IMG/VR virus record: IMGVR_UViG_3300045988_144119
Span: 13,719 to 77,718 of that record
DNA: 64,000 bases
Reading direction: 5' to 3' (one strand)
Origin: a virus
The translations under genes were made by a program, and so were the position numbers. Shown here piece by piece: positions 62,200 to 64,000 of this stretch (positions are counted from its first letter, which is position 1; each line of letters opens with the position of its first letter). The notes below the pieces were generated by a model that was not told the origin of the DNA, made no database searches, and worked only from the letters and a program-made list of their open reading frames with translations.

Positions 62200-62301
62200 A
62201 AAATCCGTTGCTAAAGTAGCGCGGCAACGGATTTTCATATAGAAGGCTCACGTTTGAGCGATTGTTTAATCATGTGTCTGTTGCCGCGCTACTTGCAACG
62301 G
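62200..62301 (-). promoter_or_regulatory. terminator / antiterminator-like leader upstream of rha
   Basis: 12-bp hairpin 62200-62211 / 62224-62235, followed on the minus strand by T6. A competing 13-bp pairing joins 62215-62227 to 62281-62293. A third GCAACGG copy lies at 62295-62301. Confidence 0.5.
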
Positions 62302-62309
62302 GTACAAAG

Positions 62310-62330
62310 ATACTGAAAATTATTCAGTAT
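62310..62330. promoter_or_regulatory. 21-bp palindromic operator ATACTGAA-N5-TTCAGTAT plus a half-site at 62340-62347
   Basis: Arms identical to 59759-59779, including the preceding CAAAG; lies 20 nt upstream of the CI-like ATG. Confidence 0.6.
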
Positions 62331-62350
62331 CCAAATAAAATACTGAAATT

Positions 62351-63445
62351 ATGTCTGTAAAAGAACGGTTGAAAAAATATCTCGCTCATATAGGTATGAG
62401 TGAGAATGATTTTGAAGAAAAATGTGGTCTTTCAAGAGGCTTTGTAAGCAAAGATCGTGATTGCATTAGAAAAAACAATCTGCTTAAAATTCAAGAGGCT
62501 TTTTCTGATATAAATATTATATGGCTACAGACTGGGGAAGGTCAAATGTTAAATCAGACGATAGTAGAACCTACGATTATATATCATTACACAGATTTAA
62601 AGGGATTTTTAGGAATAATATCAAGTGGATATATAAGACTATCTGATTTAAGCAATGCAAACGACAGGTGTGAAGTCTTTAACAGAAGCGGATATAAATA
62701 TGCAAGTTTCTGTATGGATGGTGATGTTAAAGGTTGTTTGAATCCCTGCATGTGGACGCATTATGGAGATGAATATCTTGGTATATGTATAGGATTTAAT
62801 TTATCTAAGTTGAAAGAGATTAATAAGGGAAAGGGGTTTATGTCATTCCCTATACAATACAAAGGTATTGAAGAAATAAAGAATAACACGTCTGATGAGT
62901 GCGGTTTAAAATATAAATTGTCTGTATGGAACTATGAAAATGAGTACAGGTTTATTCATGAATCAAATGATATTCTTTCATCTAATTATGAATGTATTAC
63001 CGAGGTATATGTACCAAAGGAGATTAATGGTAAATTTCGTGATATGATAACATCAGTTGGACTTAATGAAAAAATACATGGGATATGGTTTGTAGGCGGA
63101 TTGCCAGAAGAATGTTTTATAAATGATCCATCATTAGATATGAGGAGAGAATGTATAAACCCAATAGAAGGATTCAATAATCCGATGATTATCAAATTCG
63201 AAAAAAAGAAGGATTGTAGTGAATCTGAGGGTAGAAGCAGAGCTAAAAAATATCTTGAAGAATTAAATGCCAGCGATGGTGAACGAACAAGAAATGATTT
63301 TATCGTTTTAAGTAGGAAAGAATATGATGAACTTATTAGTGAAAAAGCCGTCTTGAAACACGACGTTGATTTATTGAAAAAAAGGCTTTCTGTATACGAG
63401 CAGGATTCTGTGACCGGTGTTGCAGAGGTGAAAAAAGATGTTTAA
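62351..63445 (+). CDS. CI-type HTH repressor fused to a DUF2971-like domain and a C-terminal coiled coil
   Basis: LKKYLAHIGMSENDFEEKCGLSRGFVS...INIIWLQTGEGQM (CI N-terminal HTH); IYHYTDLKGFLGIISSGYIRLSDLSNANDRCE (DUF2971 pattern). Confidence 0.6.
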   Translation: MSVKERLKKYLAHIGMSENDFEEKCGLSRGFVSKDRDCIRKNNLLKIQEAFSDINIIWLQTGEGQMLNQTIVEPTIIYHYTDLKGFLGIISSGYIRLSDLSNANDRCEVFNRSGYKYASFCMDGDVKGCLNPCMWTHYGDEYLGICIGFNLSKLKEINKGKGFMSFPIQYKGIEEIKNNTSDECGLKYKLSVWNYENEYRFIHESNDILSSNYECITEVYVPKEINGKFRDMITSVGLNEKIHGIWFVGGLPEECFINDPSLDMRRECINPIEGFNNPMIIKFEKKKDCSESEGRSRAKKYLEELNASDGERTRNDFIVLSRKEYDELISEKAVLKHDVDLLKKRLSVYEQDSVTGVAEVKKDV

Positions 63446-63463
63446 TGGAAATAGTCAGATAAT

Positions 63464-63811
63464 ATGGAAAATCAGACAGCTATAGACAGACTGAAATTGT
63501 TCGCAAAATGGGCAAGGAGTAAAGGATACGTCAAGGGAGAAACCTCTTTTGAGGCTTATTGTGGACTTTCTCCCAGATATATGTACAATTTGAAGCAGAA
63601 TGGAAAAGGATGTGTAGGAAGTGATAAGATAGCCCTTGTAGCCATGAAATTCCCAATGCTCAATGTACGATGGCTTTGTACAGGAGAAGGCAGAATGGTG
63701 GAGGATGAAACCACTGCTTCGGAAGACTTCAAAAAAGCAATATGGCATATTGAAGAACTCCGTGAAGCAGTCCGAAAAATAGCCTTTTCCAATAATAAAA
63801 TACATATTTGA
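63464..63811 (+). CDS. second CI-type HTH protein (115 aa)
   Basis: FEAYCGLSPRYMYNLKQ...LNVRWLCTGEGRM. Confidence 0.6.
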   Translation: MENQTAIDRLKLFAKWARSKGYVKGETSFEAYCGLSPRYMYNLKQNGKGCVGSDKIALVAMKFPMLNVRWLCTGEGRMVEDETTASEDFKKAIWHIEELREAVRKIAFSNNKIHI

Positions 63812-64000
63812 TTATCAGATATTTATATATAAAAAAAATATTATATAATAGGGCGATTGTTACAATAAATTATTTTTAGAAACAAAGCTTCATTTCATTT
63901 AAATTGTAAATGGTTATTTTACAAGCAGCATTAACACTCTGTATACCATAGAGATAGATATGATTTGAAGCACTATGTCTAGTTTAGTTTTTGTGTTGTA

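Noticed and set aside
1-64000. Diversity-generating retroelement, retron or stop-codon recoding, all common themes in gut Bacteroidales phages
   Set aside because: No reverse-transcriptase-like ORF was seen and I noticed no template/variable repeat pair. All long late genes are open under the standard code, so there is no sign of TAG/TGA reassignment. The tRNA-like elements lack usable anticodon loops, so they cannot act as suppressor tRNAs.

Overview
The window is one contiguous, gene-dense genome segment of a temperate siphovirus-like tailed phage or prophage. The host is probably Bacteroidales. That is an inference from a lipobox lipoprotein, CI-type WLxTGEG repressors, the protein families present and a Bacteroidetes-like tmRNA 5' motif; it is not verified. 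Layout: (1) 1-2.8 kb holds accessory genes: a frameshifted HExxH gene, a Panacea-domain TA-like pair and a lipoprotein. (2) 2.8-13.7 kb is a minus-strand head/tail module: scaffold, decoration-like gene, lambda-gpE-like capsid, connectors, tail tube, G/GT chaperones with a T9 slippery run, and a 1693-aa tape measure. (3) 13.8-36.9 kb is plus-strand: large terminase, a solo tnpB, portal, a 1967-aa fibre with an S74 chaperone domain, further receptor-binding proteins, a holin/lysis cassette, unknown late genes and a DinD homolog. (4) 37.3-59.6 kb is the minus-strand early region: tyrosine integrase, two DNA methyltransferases, a decayed C5-methyltransferase, DnaB, replisome organiser, RusA, NinB, SSB-like protein, exonuclease and ERF. 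(5) 59.6-64 kb is the immunity region: Rha, two CI-like HTH proteins and shared palindromic operators. The most unusual content is a set of ORF-free segments inside the early operon that carry tRNA/tmRNA-like modules. The clearest is a locus at 44.05-44.40 kb where a tmRNA 3' piece precedes a tmRNA 5' piece (a permuted, two-piece-like arrangement). It is followed by an anticodon-less tRNA-like element and a very AT-rich orphan ORF. I saw no rRNA, CRISPR array or reverse transcriptase. All family calls rest on motif recognition by eye and memory; no searches or folding programs were run.
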